From positions 16,554,001 through 16,618,000 of the forward strand of contig NC_043008.1 in the NCBI RefSeq assembly GCF_006345805.1: a DNA stretch of 64,000 bases, read 5' to 3'. Below are positions 1 through 12,801 of this stretch, one piece after another. The notes under the pieces were generated by a model. It searched no databases, was not told where the DNA came from, and saw only the letters and a list, made by a program, of their open reading frames with translations. Position 1 is the first letter of the stretch. Each line of letters opens with the position of its first letter. The translations under genes were made by a program, and so were the position numbers. The DNA comes from Octopus sinensis. Lineage: Eukaryota.

Positions 1-1074
1 CGTTACAATTACCACACATTTTATGAATATTTAACAAAAACATCTCTTCCGAAATTCAACAAATCTTTTTATATTGCCTTAATTATTTTAATGAACTTTT
101 ATTTCACCGCAGGTTTAGGATGATACGTAAACAATTTGCAAACTCAGCAGTATTGGAACTGCTAATTCCAAAACAAATATCCACTATTCAACTTTGCAGT
201 TCCTAGATTTGCCAAAATGTTTCTCTTTATTGTAGTATCATTACCCCCAACAACGTAAGTACTACAAAATCTCTAATCAAAACAGTATGGCAAATTCTTT
301 CATCAACTGCAGTTAATTTTTACGCAGTGAAGTAGATATATATACAGTGTATCTCCAATTAGAGTTTTGTGAAATATTCTATAATGAAACTACTATAACT
401 ATTGTTATTTTAAATCATCAAATTGTTAAATGTTGAATTTTCCTTTAGCAAAACAAACATGCTGGAATGAACAAAAACACTCACAAGCTTCACACCGATA
501 TGCAATAAAATTTTCAAACATTGTTAATTCTACGAAATTCAATTAAGCAAAGTAATTAATCTTGATATATCAGCCTAAACTTATTAGAAATCCGTTATCC
601 TAGATTAGGCTAGTTGTATGTCAATGAATTGATCGGATATTTGCCCAGAATAACTTGACAAACTATTCAATCATTTTTTTTTGTGTTAAATGTTTTAGCC
701 TAACAGACAATTGTGTATATAGTAAGAAGAGAACACGTTATAAGACCGTTGTCAAAATATTTTCAATTAAATTCAGATGTTTCTTAACGTAAAATTACTG
801 CTGAGAGGATATCAAGATCGTCTAACTGTCTTCTGTGACGGGAGAACTGCTAGAAGGAAGAGTTTAAATGGTATTTGAAACAGAGAATACATTCGATTGG
901 CAAAAATAAGTAGTGGACTTAATAAAATTTGATATATAATAATGTATTTTTAATGTAAATATATGACTATGTACTTGGATTAATTGTTTAAAAACCCACA
1001 TGCATTGCGTTCTAAAATGACTTTGTTACTGAATTTCGCGATTTTCACTTTCTGACATTTAAGTGTGTCCCAAA

Positions 1075-1290
1075 AGCAGATCTTTTCGCTTTGAGCGGCA
1101 GATTTTTAATATAATTTCTTTGTAACTAAACACTTTTAAACTTAGTATACTGGTAGAATGTGTTTATAAAACATCTTTTTCTCTTGGATTTCTTGAGAAA
1201 ATTCTGTAGTTTGTAAGCTATTTGTTCTTTAATTTCTTGCACTTCGGCAAATTCAACCAATCAATGACGTCTATTGAGGAGAATTCAAAC
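1075..1290. mobile_element. possible non-autonomous DNA-transposon (MITE) fragment truncated by a SINE
   Basis: Begins GATCTTTTCGCTTTGAGCGGCAGATTTTT, resembling a cephalopod interspersed-repeat terminus from memory only; no partner terminus in the window. Confidence 0.25.
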
Positions 1291-1785
1291 GGAATTTGAA
1301 CTCAGAACGTAAAGACAGACGAAATACAGCTAAGCATTTCACCGGCGTACTAACATTTCTTATTTCTTATTCCTTTATTGCACACAAGCGGCTAAACATA
1401 GAGGGGACAAACAAGAACAGACAAATGGACTAAGCCGATTATATCGACTCCAATGTGTAACTGGTACTTAATTTATCGACACCGAATGGATGAAAGGTAA
1501 AGTCGACCTCGGCGGAATTTGAACTCAGAACGTAACGGCAGCCGAAATGCCTATTTCTTTACTACCCACAAGGGGCTAAACACAGAGGGGAAAAACAAGG
1601 ACAGATAAACGGATTACGTCAATTACATCGACTCCAGTGCGTAACTGGTACTTAATTTATCGACACCGAAATGACGAAAGGCGAAGTCGACGTCGGCGGA
1701 ATTTGAACGCAGAACGTAAAGACAGACGGAATACAGGTAAGCATTTCGCCCGGCGTGTTTAACGTTTCTGCCAGCTCGCCGCCTT
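1291..1785 (-). mobile_element. tRNA-derived SINE family A, multimer (two full body units plus a truncated third)
   Basis: Minus strand starts GGCGGCGAGCTGGCAGAAACG, has B-box-like GTTCAAATTCC, and repeats the ~195-bp body ending GTGGGTAGTAAAGAAATA; homologous to copies at 12.6, 14.1, 24.1 and 50.7 kb. Confidence 0.85.
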
Positions 1786-2891
1786 TGTGAATATTTATAT
1801 TTTCATATTCATAGACGCGTGTATGTACATGTGTGCATAGTTTCTGAAGCGATAGGTAATTTCTTAATACTCTCTTTATATACAATAATTGCACACGTGA
1901 AAATCGAATTATTTTGCTATCTCCAATTTCTGTGTTTATCTACTATTATAGCAATCTTTTGTGATAGCATCGTAGAAAGCATATTTCTTCCAACTACACA
2001 TAATAAGATTCACACATGACATAAGAAACACAGTGTTTCTGTCATATTTCTAACAATGTATTTAGCAAGCTGTAAACCTAATTACTGGTGTTCGCTATTT
2101 CTTAGATTGTCAGAAAATATTTCTTTTGCGCTTTAAAATGAAATACAGATTGACGATAAATATCACAGAATGGTGAGCTAAAACAGATCTATTGACAAAA
2201 GATGTCACACATAGATATAAAACTATTTGCGTATGTATGTATGTGTGAATATGAATACGTGTGTTTCTTTTCCACTCATGTTTCTGCCGTACGTAACATA
2301 GGAAATAAAGATATATTACTGTGTATCGAATAATTTATGCTGCGTAGGGAATTCGATATCAGAGCGTATTTAGGATTTAAGAATATCATATGTGACAAAT
2401 TAATCGAAGAATTACCTAAAGGTAATAATATGTAAAGACCCATGTGGATTATATATATTTACATCGAAAAATAATATCAAAGATTTTCCGGGGGCAAAGA
2501 ATCATAACAAACGAAAATAAAGGTTGCTTTGAATTATTTACATAATAATGAAATATTAATGTAAAACTAAAATAACTAATGTATATGGTGAATTATGTGA
2601 AGAAATTTCTGACTTAATAATAAAATATACGTAGAGAAACTTAGAAATATATTTTATGCAAAATCGATAACCTCTTATAAGAAACTAAACTGAAAGTAAA
2701 ACGTTCGCAAAAGAAGGTTCTCTGAAACGAAAAAGGAAATTGGGGCTGATGACAGAATTGTGGGATGAAAATATGCATAGGAACGTAAATATACGAATGT
2801 AGATAAGTAGAAGATTACATACGAATGTAAGCAAGTAATACGGTGATGCTCTTCCAGAGCCGGCCTTACGAGGAGCGGGGCCCATTTGGGA

Positions 2892-2923
<32 letters not shown>

Positions 2924-2936
2924 TCACATACACACA

Positions 2937-2974
<38 letters not shown>

Positions 2975-2992
2975 CACACAAACACACACATA
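2892..2992. repeat. (TACA)n/(CA)n microsatellite
   Basis: Directly visible. Confidence 0.95.
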
Positions 2993-3315
2993 TAGTGCAT
3001 TTTATTGAAATTATAATATTTCCCCAAGAATTAAACATATACAAACATATATATTTTATTGCTAAACCTCGCTAAGATAAATATTTCAATTACCTGAAGA
3101 TTGACTGTAACCATAACTCGAATTATTACGAATTGGACAGCCATGAAACGATCGTAGTGTTTTACTCATTATCTTTTATTAAACATTTAATACTTTTAAT
3201 ATATATTTAAAATAATATAAATTTATTAATTTTATGTATTGGCTTAAGTTTTTCATTGTTTGATTTGCCTAATAGTGGTTTTATCTCTAATTTAATATAA
3301 TATATATGTATATAT

Positions 3316-3350
<35 letters not shown>

Positions 3351-4285
3351 TGTGATACGATAACATTCTTTAAATCTAGCGGCTGACCCAAGCAGTTTTG
3401 GATGAATGGATTTATCTTTTGATATCTTGTATAGAATGTACGCCGTATTTTTTATTATTATTATTTTTTTTTTTTTTTGAATGACAATGTAGATTTTCTT
3501 AAAAGACTTCAAGGAGACGACCTTTATGAAATGTCGCAGTATAGAGTGTGGCCTCTTGAGCGCCACAATCGGTCAGATCGGCTTAATTCCGGCTCTGTGT
3601 TCTGCATCTCAATCGTTGTTAGCATCATTTCAACTTTGATGGAGATGAAACACAATCTAAAACGTACATTCGGGTATGTACCTCTGCTTAAAAGCAGCAT
3701 TTGACTTATAAGAGACTTGGCTGTAACATTCTATTGGGCACCTGTGTATTTGCCAGGAAAAAAATCAGATGAATATTGACAGCGTTTGAATACTAAATTT
3801 ACATGGGTTATGGGATGCAATATAACATTAATGGTTTCCACGTATAAAATATGCAGCTTATCATACACTCAACCAAAGACTATTAGGTACAGGTAATTTA
3901 ATGATGGCAATAGAAAACTGAATCGATGGTTTCTTAAGGTGATGATTCATATTGTATTCAACTTCGACGATGAAGTCTGATGCGAAGGAGAACTAGTATC
4001 ATAAGAGAAGGTGAAACACTGCTCTCTTTATTAATATAATTCCTATATAGGAAATAATACAGCCTGCTATAAACGAAAAAAATCAAGCCTTTATTAATAA
4101 TCTGGTGTAATATCATATGAATTATATAAAATATGTCATTTGATATATTTATCTAAAATCAAGTTAACGGCAGTGTTGTAACATATTTATATATCAAATT
4201 ACTGTTTGATATTGTAAAATGAAATATCAAACCAGAAATGCATACATACACACATACACTATTATAAATGTACACATACAACACA

Positions 4286-4326
<41 letters not shown>

Positions 4327-4354
4327 CTATATGCCTATTCTTTTATTTTTTTTA

Positions 4355-4540
4355 TGTTTCAGTCATTTCTCTGCGTCCGTGGTGGAGTTCCGCCTTTAGT
4401 TGAACAAATAGAGGCCAGAACATATGCTTTGTTAGCCGAGTCCTATTCCATCGGTTTCTTGCTGAAACGCTATGTACGGGGACGTAAATACACGAACATC
4501 GGTTATCAAACGATGGTGGGGGGACAAACACAGTCACACA

Positions 4541-4543
<3 letters not shown>
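4355..4543 (-). mobile_element. SINE family B, 3' half (diverged)
   Basis: TGTTTCAGTCATT...CGCCTTTAGT...ACGGGGACGTAAA...GGGGGACAAACACAG aligns by eye with the full copies at 20.8, 47.9 and 59.7 kb; ends in the internal microsatellite. Confidence 0.75.
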
Positions 4544-4591
<48 letters not shown>

Positions 4592-4670
4592 GTAACTATG
4601 TATATATATATATATATGTGTGTGTGTATATATATAAACACGCACACCCACACACATATATATATTTATG
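4544..4670. repeat. (TA)n/(TG)n/(CA)n compound microsatellite
   Basis: Directly visible. Confidence 0.95.
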
Positions 4671-5021
4671 ACCCTTTGTATGCCGCCACAGATTGGCTAG
4701 CGGATAAAATTTTTCAAGGCGGTGCCCCATGGCCGTAATCTAGTTGCTAAAGGAAATAAAAAATAATGATTATGTACATACGAACACACGCATATACATA
4801 CACACACACGCACACACACACATGTGCGCGCGATTTTACTTTATTGCTTTCTTAATTTATATCTATTGTCTGGAAATATTTCCTCACACACCTGTGACCT
4901 CTTGAGTGACTTTACATCCCTCGTTTCTCTTGTTACCACATATATACACACATGTTTATGTTTTTCTATGTTTGTGAGCATGTGTTTATGTGTGCGTGCT
5001 CGTGTGCCTGTGCATCCCTAT

Positions 5022-5053
<32 letters not shown>

Positions 5054-6579
5054 TTGTGTATGTGTGTGTGTGTGTTTGTATATATATACATATACGAGCG
5101 GGTGTTTTAATGTTCCTTGTTTTGGCAAGAAAGAAATATTTGAGGATCAGTTAAGTATAATTCTATTTATCATATTTGCCTCTCAGATTCACACACACTC
5201 ACACAAACAACACATACACACACACGCACACAAACAAATGTCTATATGTGTACACGTACACTTTAAAGTGTTAGTGTGTTGCAGATTAATTGTGATTTTG
5301 ATGTTCATTTCGATTTTGTTTATTGATTCTACAAGTACTTGTAGAATTTCCATCTCAGAAACAGTTCAATTTGCTATTAGTGGTGTGTTTGACTCACATT
5401 TATATTTTGTAATGGGCGGCAAAAATCTTGGTGAATGTAATTACCATATCATCCAGATTATGAAGTCAACTGTTAGCAGTCAGGAAGGCTAAGGAACAAC
5501 AATAATGCTATGGCAAGATTAAGAACGTTATTCATCGTTACGAAACATAACTGACTAATAATGAAATAGCAAAGGGAAAAATTAATTAATAACAATATGA
5601 AACTGAGATCTTGTTTCGTCAGTATGACACGTTTGAAGAAGCAGCTGTTAACGCTATAGAGGCATGTATTAGAGGACTACAGAACCGTTTACATAATAAG
5701 ACCTAATATTTTAATTTCGGGATACTTATAATTTCATACATGGACATATAATTTCATATATTCGCACACACCTAACCAGATGCAAGCGTATACTCACACA
5801 GGTACAGACACATGCATACACTCACTCATACACTGATACACACATACACAGCGAACGCAGAAACATACATACGCATTAATATACTCACTCACAACAATTT
5901 GTAATTATAATAAATTACAATGCAATTATGTGCATGATTAAATAAATAAACGCAAGACCGCGTGAGAATTTTGAAGAAATATTTCAATTTGGACAATTTT
6001 AGAGAAATGTATTTCAGGGACAGAAAACTAAATGCACATTTTACTGAATAAATCTATTATTGGATTTCATTAAACATATTAAATTAGATTTTTCGCAATA
6101 AATATCGTTATTCAGGAGTGAGAAACATATGACCAATCAAGTGTTCCTTCTGATAGTTTAAGCAATTACGCAGTTGCCAACACAGAAATCTAAACACAAA
6201 CCCCAATATTTTTCTCGCTAGGTGACGCTGTTCCGCTAAAATTTCAATGATTGATTTTATTTAAAATATATTCCAATTTTAATATTTTATTGAGAGTTTA
6301 TCGACGATCTAAAAGCATTAATAGCTAGAATGTTAATCTCTAACGAAATAAAACCTTGAAACTAACGTTTTAGAATACGTAAAATATGTATTAGCAATGG
6401 GAATTATATTTAAATATCCGGTTTCTTCCCTAAGAGAATAATTTACTCTAATTCACATATTAATTGCTATTTATAAGCTGTTAAAATTTCATTTATTTTT
6501 ATCAGAAAAAACGTATTTATTTTTCTTTTGACTCAAGCGCTTTATCGAATTTAATGTGGAATATATTTGATTTACGTGT

Positions 6580-6730
6580 ATATATGCATATATATATATA
6601 TATTTATATATATATATGCGTATGTGTGTGTGTGTGTGCGTGTGTGTGTATATATGTATATATATATATATAATATATATATATATTAATACATATATAT
6701 ATATATATTTATATTTATATGTACACATAA

Positions 6731-6774
<44 letters not shown>

Positions 6775-6940
6775 ATATATATATGTACATGCATGTATTT
6801 CTGCGCGCGCGTATATACATAAATATATATATATATATCAATACATACATATATTTGTGTGTGCACAAAACTGTGCGTGTATGTGTGTGTATGTATGGAT
6901 GTGTGCATGTTTGTATCCATGTGTCTATACATGCACGTGT
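6580..6940. repeat. compound (TA)n/(TG)n microsatellite
   Basis: Directly visible; source of several spurious YI/VC-rich ORFs. Confidence 0.95.
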
Positions 6941-7471
6941 TTAACAACACTTCATCTCGTAAGAGGAATGAAAATCGTAGAAGGGAGCAAATTCTTTGAG
7001 ATGGAAGGATCAGAAGATACTAACGTTATGCTTTCAGAGAGTAACGGACAAATACAGAGGCAGCAAGATGTTTATATAAGCTTTAAAATATCGGGCCCCG
7101 ACATGTGTTTGTATATGCGACATGGCGGCTTTTCTTGAAGTTACATAATTGCATATCCTTCATGCAGCAAATCATGTGTAAAAAAAGATGAATTTTGCTC
7201 CATTGCATAAATAGTCTATTAATATCAAGGAGGCTAAAGCCACTTATGTTGGTTTTGAAATCAGTAAGGAGATAATCGAAGTGCAAGTCAAATTGTTATT
7301 TCCGCCGTGTTTTAGTACATACTACAATTTTTGTTGAAGTTTCCTAATTCTAGAAGACTGATGATGAAAGATGCTGTCCGTAGGTCAAAACATTCACCAC
7401 AAGAGCGATATGGAATTAATAGTATTTTGAATTTTGCGTACATACCATACTACATGATGTACTAGCATTAT

Positions 7472-7858
7472 GGAGGCGCGATAGCCCAGTGGTTAGGGCA
7501 GCGGAATCACGGTCATAGGATCGCAGTTTCGATTCCCAGACCGGGCGTTGTGAGTGTTTATTGAGCGAAAACACCTAAAAGCTCCACGAGGCTCCGGCAG
7601 GGGATGGTGGTGATCCCTGCTGTACTCTTTCACCACAACTTTCTCTCACTTTTACTTCCTGTTTCTGTTGAACCTGTATTTCAAAGGGCCGGCCTTGTCA
7701 CTCTCTGTGTCACGCTGAATATTCCCGAGAACTACGTTAAGGGTACACGTGTCTGTGGAGTGCTCAGCCACTTACACGTTAATTTCACGAGCAGGCTGTT
7801 CCGTTGATTCGGATCAACCGGAACCCTCGTCGTCCTAACCGACGGAGTGCTTCCACCG
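7472..7858 (+). mobile_element. tRNA-derived SINE family C, full length, tail type 1
   Basis: A-box TAGCCCAGTGG and B-box GTTTCGATTCC; 10-bp target-site duplication CTAGCATTAT at 7462-7471 and 7859-7868; head and body shared with copies at 34.6, 53.8 and 61.0 kb. Confidence 0.9.
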
Positions 7859-7900
7859 CTAGCATTATATACAAACACACACACACAAAATATATATATA

Positions 7901-8047
7901 TACGACGGGTTTCTTTCAGTTTCTGTTTCCCAAATCCACTGCCAATACTTTGGCTGGCCTCAGGCTATTGTTTGGAGACCACGCAGTAGGATTGAACCTG
8001 GAACCATGTGGTTGAGAAGCAAACTTCTTACAACGTACCCATTCCTG

Positions 8048-8051
<4 letters not shown>
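7901..8051 (-). mobile_element. SINE family B, 5' half (tRNA-like head)
   Basis: ACGACGGGTTTCTTTCAGTTTC...GAACCTGGAACCATGTGGTTG...CCTGCGC matches the head halves of the full B copies. Confidence 0.75.
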
Positions 8052-8089
<38 letters not shown>

Positions 8090-8091
<2 letters not shown>

Positions 8092-8225
8092 GGAGTAAAC
8101 ACATAGATGTGAAACGAGGTGGAAAAAAGAGTACTCAAATACCAGTGGTAGAGTAATATGCTTTATTTACAGCAGCAGAAAATTCAACAAACCTGTTACT
8201 CTGAGTTTCCCGTTCCCGTTGGAAA
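8090..8225 (-). mobile_element. probable Penelope-like element terminal fragment
   Basis: Abuts (TA)n; minus strand carries GAAA-CUC-A-GAG-UA (3' half of a minimal hammerhead) followed by AATAAA (plus-strand TTTATT near 8162). Confidence 0.4.
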
Positions 8226-8591
8226 CACGTTACAAAATATGTAGAATATCTCTTTGATACTGACATTTACACACATACACACACACCTATATATATATAT
8301 ATATACATGTATGTATATATATATATAGGTGTGTGTGTGTGCTTGTTTTTTTGCGTGTGTACAGATTGGTGTTAATGCGTTGTACGGCTATGCCAGATTC
8401 AACATTGTACTGGTATTTCTTTATCCACTGAACAGCCTTTTTAAAATACTTCTGGGGATATCACATAAATCTCAGATTTACTGAAGACTGGACAGCCCAA
8501 TTTCCATATAGCGTATATGTGGTTCTTCGGTTAAGAAAATACTACGAAGATAACACCATTTTGTTTCATTCGTAAATGGTACTACGGTATA

Positions 8592-8600
8592 CAGATAGAG

Positions 8601-8648
<48 letters not shown>

Positions 8649-8661
8649 TGATACATAGATA

Positions 8662-8759
<98 letters not shown>

Positions 8760-8761
8760 GG

Positions 8762-8808
<47 letters not shown>

Positions 8809-8827
8809 TATAGATAGATAGATAGAT

Positions 8828-8901
<74 letters not shown>

Positions 8902-8920
8902 TCATAGATAGATAGATAGA
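8592..8920 (+). repeat. long (GATA)n array with internal (TA)n
   Basis: Directly visible. Confidence 0.97.
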
Positions 8921-9231
8921 TTCTAATTCAAATATCTACATATCTACGTATTGAATGATTGGAGCTTCTTAACATTTATGGAATACTTTCAGACAGTGTT
9001 GTCATATATCTCCATTATTTACTGCAGAATGATATCCGCTGCACTGTATTAGAATAATTAATTGACGAACATAGAATGTATAAATGAAGTTATCACACTA
9101 CTATTGCCAAAACACTTTATCAAAACAATGTCTAGTTAACTGTTAGACGTCACTTACTTAATTCAAGCTTCAATTATTACTTGATATATAGTATCTTTAC
9201 ATGTATATTGGAGAGTATGTATATTTCCATT

Positions 9232-9300
9232 CTAAGTCTGGCACAAGGCCTGAAATTCTGAGGGGAAGGTAAGTCGGTAACGTTGACTCTAATTAACAAC
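9232..9300 (-). mobile_element. SINE family A 3' tail relic
   Basis: GGCACAAGGCCTGAAATT...GGTAAGTCG is the reverse complement of the tail at 18.2 and 24.6 kb. Confidence 0.5.
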
Positions 9301-9907
9301 GCATATTGCATTACTAAAGGCCTTCAGCTTTTCTTTCGCCTACGAACTAAAGTATCTCCAAATTGAAACTTAATGCAAAACCTATTTCGAAGGTAATAAT
9401 ATCTATTTCGACAATAACAGTGCATGAGATATTCAGGATTGTCCTATTGTTTCACGGATATTACTCAAAGCTAGTGGTTGATTTTTAAAAGAATATAAAT
9501 CAGTGAATATAATTCCCTACACAGCCCTGAAAGAAAAATTTATGTAATTTTCAGTCAGGAATTTTCAAAAGGAAAACCTATACAAATGATGTCATTTCTT
9601 AGGCATATTTTTGATGATAACAAGATTGGGGATAAGCATATACATTTCTAATTTTATTTTTCACGACATTCGAAATTCTCAAATTAATGTATTACTGCGC
9701 ACAATAAAACACAAACATAAATATATTTGTACGTTTAAATATTTGTTGTGCAAGATTTTTTATGTGAAATCGTGTGTTGAAACAGATATTGTTGTATTTT
9801 GGAATGGTCATATTGCCAGTTTAGCCAATAAAAACACACGCACTATATATTTGGTGTTATTTTGCTTCAGTGTTATTTATTTTTTACATTAATCTTAATC
9901 TTATTTC

Positions 9908-9951
9908 GGCCAGAGTTCTTTCGTCACACTCCTGTGACCGCATCAGTGGTC
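9908..9951 (-). ncRNA. minimal type-I hammerhead-ribozyme-like motif (Penelope-type), A9 substituted
   Basis: Minus strand GACCA-CUGAUGC-G-GUCACA-GGAG-UGUGAC-GAAA-GAACUC-UGGCC: perfect 6-bp stem II, 4/5 stem I, CUC cleavage triplet, AAUAAA downstream. Confidence 0.6.
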
Positions 9952-10833
9952 CTTTGCTTTCTTCTTTCTTATTTGTGTCTCTCCTTACTAACCGTCAGCC
10001 ATTCAATTGAATGGAATCATTAAATTTATTTATATGTATGTGTGTGTTATGATGTACCTGTACAAATATATCAATGTTACGCATCTCTCTGTAGTTTGAA
10101 GATAAACAACCTTAATCGATTTTCGACCCTTAAATTGAGTCTCATGAAAAGTATCTACATGAGTAGGCTAAATCCAGAGAAACAGGTAAAGCTTCTGTTT
10201 ATATACACATCAAATGTAATAACTTCAGAGAACTGGTGCTCCTCATTTGCATACTAGAACTTTATTTCATATCAGAGGCGTGTCGTAACATAAATATAAA
10301 CACACACAGATATACGCACGGGCACATGACTGAAATCATATTCTGATTACACTCGAATAATGAGTAAACTGAGATGAAACACCAACCACTCCTGCACTAC
10401 GAGTTTAGAGGAAACCACTGCGGAATGGAAAAATCGATACAGGTAGAAATTTCCGCTAAAAGAACTGATAACTTCATTTATGTTACATCTTAGTAGTAAT
10501 CGGTACACCATACGTCCTCTGACAAACTATGATTCTCATATGAAAGTTACATTTACATTTTCATTTGTTTGATTTCATTGTGAATTCGACTTTTTTTTAT
10601 AACATATCAAAACAGCGTTGCTAGCTATATACTTATGCCCCTTTACTATGCCAGTCTTAGTTTTGCTGAGGCGAATTATATATTTCATTATAACTTAGTT
10701 GCTTTATTTTGCTTCGGTTGTTACATGCGAGTTTCAACTGCACTGCCATGTTCGTGAGGTATGTGCAATACCCTATTGTTCTTTTGGTGAGGTATGGGTG
10801 AGTGTAAAACGCTCCTTTTGCTGTATTGCATCA

Positions 10834-11060
10834 TCTCTTTTATCTCTTTTACTTGCTCTAGTCATTTGACTGTGGCCATACTGCAGCACTGCCTTTAATC
10901 GTGCGAATCGACCCCAGGACTTATTCTTTGTAAGTCTAGTACTTATTTTATCGGACTCTGTTGCCGAGCCGCTAAGTTACGGGGACGTAAACACACCACC
11001 ATCAGTTGTCAAGCGATGATGGGGGACAAACACAGACAAATAAACACACACACGCACACG
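10834..11060 (-). mobile_element. SINE family B, 3' half
   Basis: AGTCATTTGACTGTGGCCAT...CGACCCCAGGACTTATTCTTTGTAAG...AAGTTACGGGGACGTAAACACACC closely matches the 20.8 and 47.9 kb copies. Confidence 0.85.
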
Positions 11061-12579
11061 TATACAGCTCCTGCTGCGCCTTCTCATCATCATCATCATC
11101 ACTGCAGTGGAGGGACAGAATTTTTAGGCCATCGGCCAAGAAGACTTACAGTACGCATGATGTTATGAATGATGTTATAGTACGCATGATGTTATATACT
11201 TCACGTAAATGACATTTCATGTTTTAAGAGGTAGATAAAAAAATATAAAAGCATTCACCTATTGGTCTTCATATAACAGAAATTTCATTTTTTCCACAAT
11301 ATTTGCTTCATGAACATGTCATTGATTTTGTCAACCAATGTTTATATAAATAGTTTGATAAATATCATAAGTGTTTAAGAACTATAGGGCAAACATAGGT
11401 AACTTGATTGTTAAATAATATGACAACGTCAATGATAGTTCTCTCGTATTTTCTCGTTTACGCTAATATTTATGCTAGAATTTATTTACAAATGCTGCAA
11501 TGAATCGGCAAAATGTTCACTCGTCTTCACATTTCCCTGTATGCGTATGTATGTGTGTGTATGTATGTGTGTGTATGTATGTGTGTGTTTGTGTGTATGA
11601 GAGAGAGTGTGTATGTGTATCGCAGTTACAATGGCAGAAGAAGCAGAGCAGAGCAAAGTATAAATATTTTGTTGGTTTTTTTGGAGGGCTTGAATAAACT
11701 ACGTCTCGTATTACAAATATGATAATGCAATTACCATTCTTGTGATGTGGTAATTCTCTTCGCTGCGTGAGACCATAAAAAACGCCTGGTTGCGATTGCA
11801 ACCGATTCTAAAGCCGAATAGTGGAGATAATTTCAAGAATCAGTGTATCTCCCAAACTGTGAAACTGTTAATGAAAAAAAAAATCGTTCTTTAGAATCTA
11901 ATGAAAAGAGGACAGCGGTGGGTATGCTCTTCGCCTCAGTAGATATTATCAGTATTGAAGTTGCCCTACGTTGACTACAACAGACGTGAGACCTAGATAT
12001 TTAAAAGGAAAGTTGAGAAGGGTTATGGCCTAGGGAAATTTGATTAATTAAAAGGATTCGTTAAGAGAAATAATTAAGGGGGGGGGGCATGTAAAGAATC
12101 CTACATTTCTATTACATATCATGCACAATAAATCATTTAATTCTTGGACTTATATTTGCGAATGGAGACGTTAAAAATATCTGGTGACAACTACAACCGT
12201 GTCAAAAGGAGGTGAAGAGATACTCTCAAACACTGAAAATCCCCAAGGTATGATACACACGTGGTCCAACCTTCTCCACCTCATAATGGCTTGATCTGAC
12301 ATTCGATGCGGATACTCCTACACACCATCCTCTTATAAACCCGCCACCATCTCACGCCAATATATCGTTTTTAGAAAAAAATATATCCGGAGAGGCACAC
12401 TCTAAGAAGTAGAGCGCTCTATATTTTTCTCCTGACGAAGGCCGGTAAATAGGGTTACCCTCAGAGTGTCCCGTTCGTAAAGTGTTTAACTTTATGGCGC
12501 ATCATCATCAAACGCCAAGACCGATTGCCCTATGACCTATTGAGGTCATATATCCGCCTTTACCAGGAATATGTATATA

Positions 12580-12801
12580 TATTTCTTTACTACCCACAAG
12601 GGGCTAAACACAGAGGGACAAACAAAGAGATTAAGTCGATTCCATCGAACATAGTGCGTAACTGGTACTTACTTTATCGACCCCGAAAGGATGAAAGGCA
12701 AAGTCAACCTCGGCGGAAATTGAACTCAGAACGTAACGGCAAACGAAGTACGGCTACGCATTTCGCCCGGCGTGCTAACGTTTCTGCCAGCTCGCCGCCT
12801 T
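12580..12801 (-). mobile_element. SINE family A monomer
   Basis: Complete head (GGCGGCGAGCTGGCAGAAACG on minus) through tail GTGGGTAGTAAAGAAAT; flanked by TA-rich sequence. Confidence 0.88.

Noticed and set aside
95-262. Plus-strand acceptor (TTCACCGCAG) and donor (AC/GTAAGT)
   Set aside because: All frames are closed between the sites; such pairs arise by chance in 64 kb.
2862-2890. GC-rich islet CAGAGCCGGCCTTACGAGGAGCGGGGCCC, as a MITE terminus
   Set aside because: Too short, and no matching other end.
6960-7330. Possible decayed coding relic and an ATGGCGGC (YY1/start-like) motif
   Set aside because: Stops in all frames, no identifiable motif, no donor site.
12425-12480. CUGACGA followed by GGCCGG, as a possible hammerhead
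   Set aside because: No stem II closure onto GAAA and no stem I or III.
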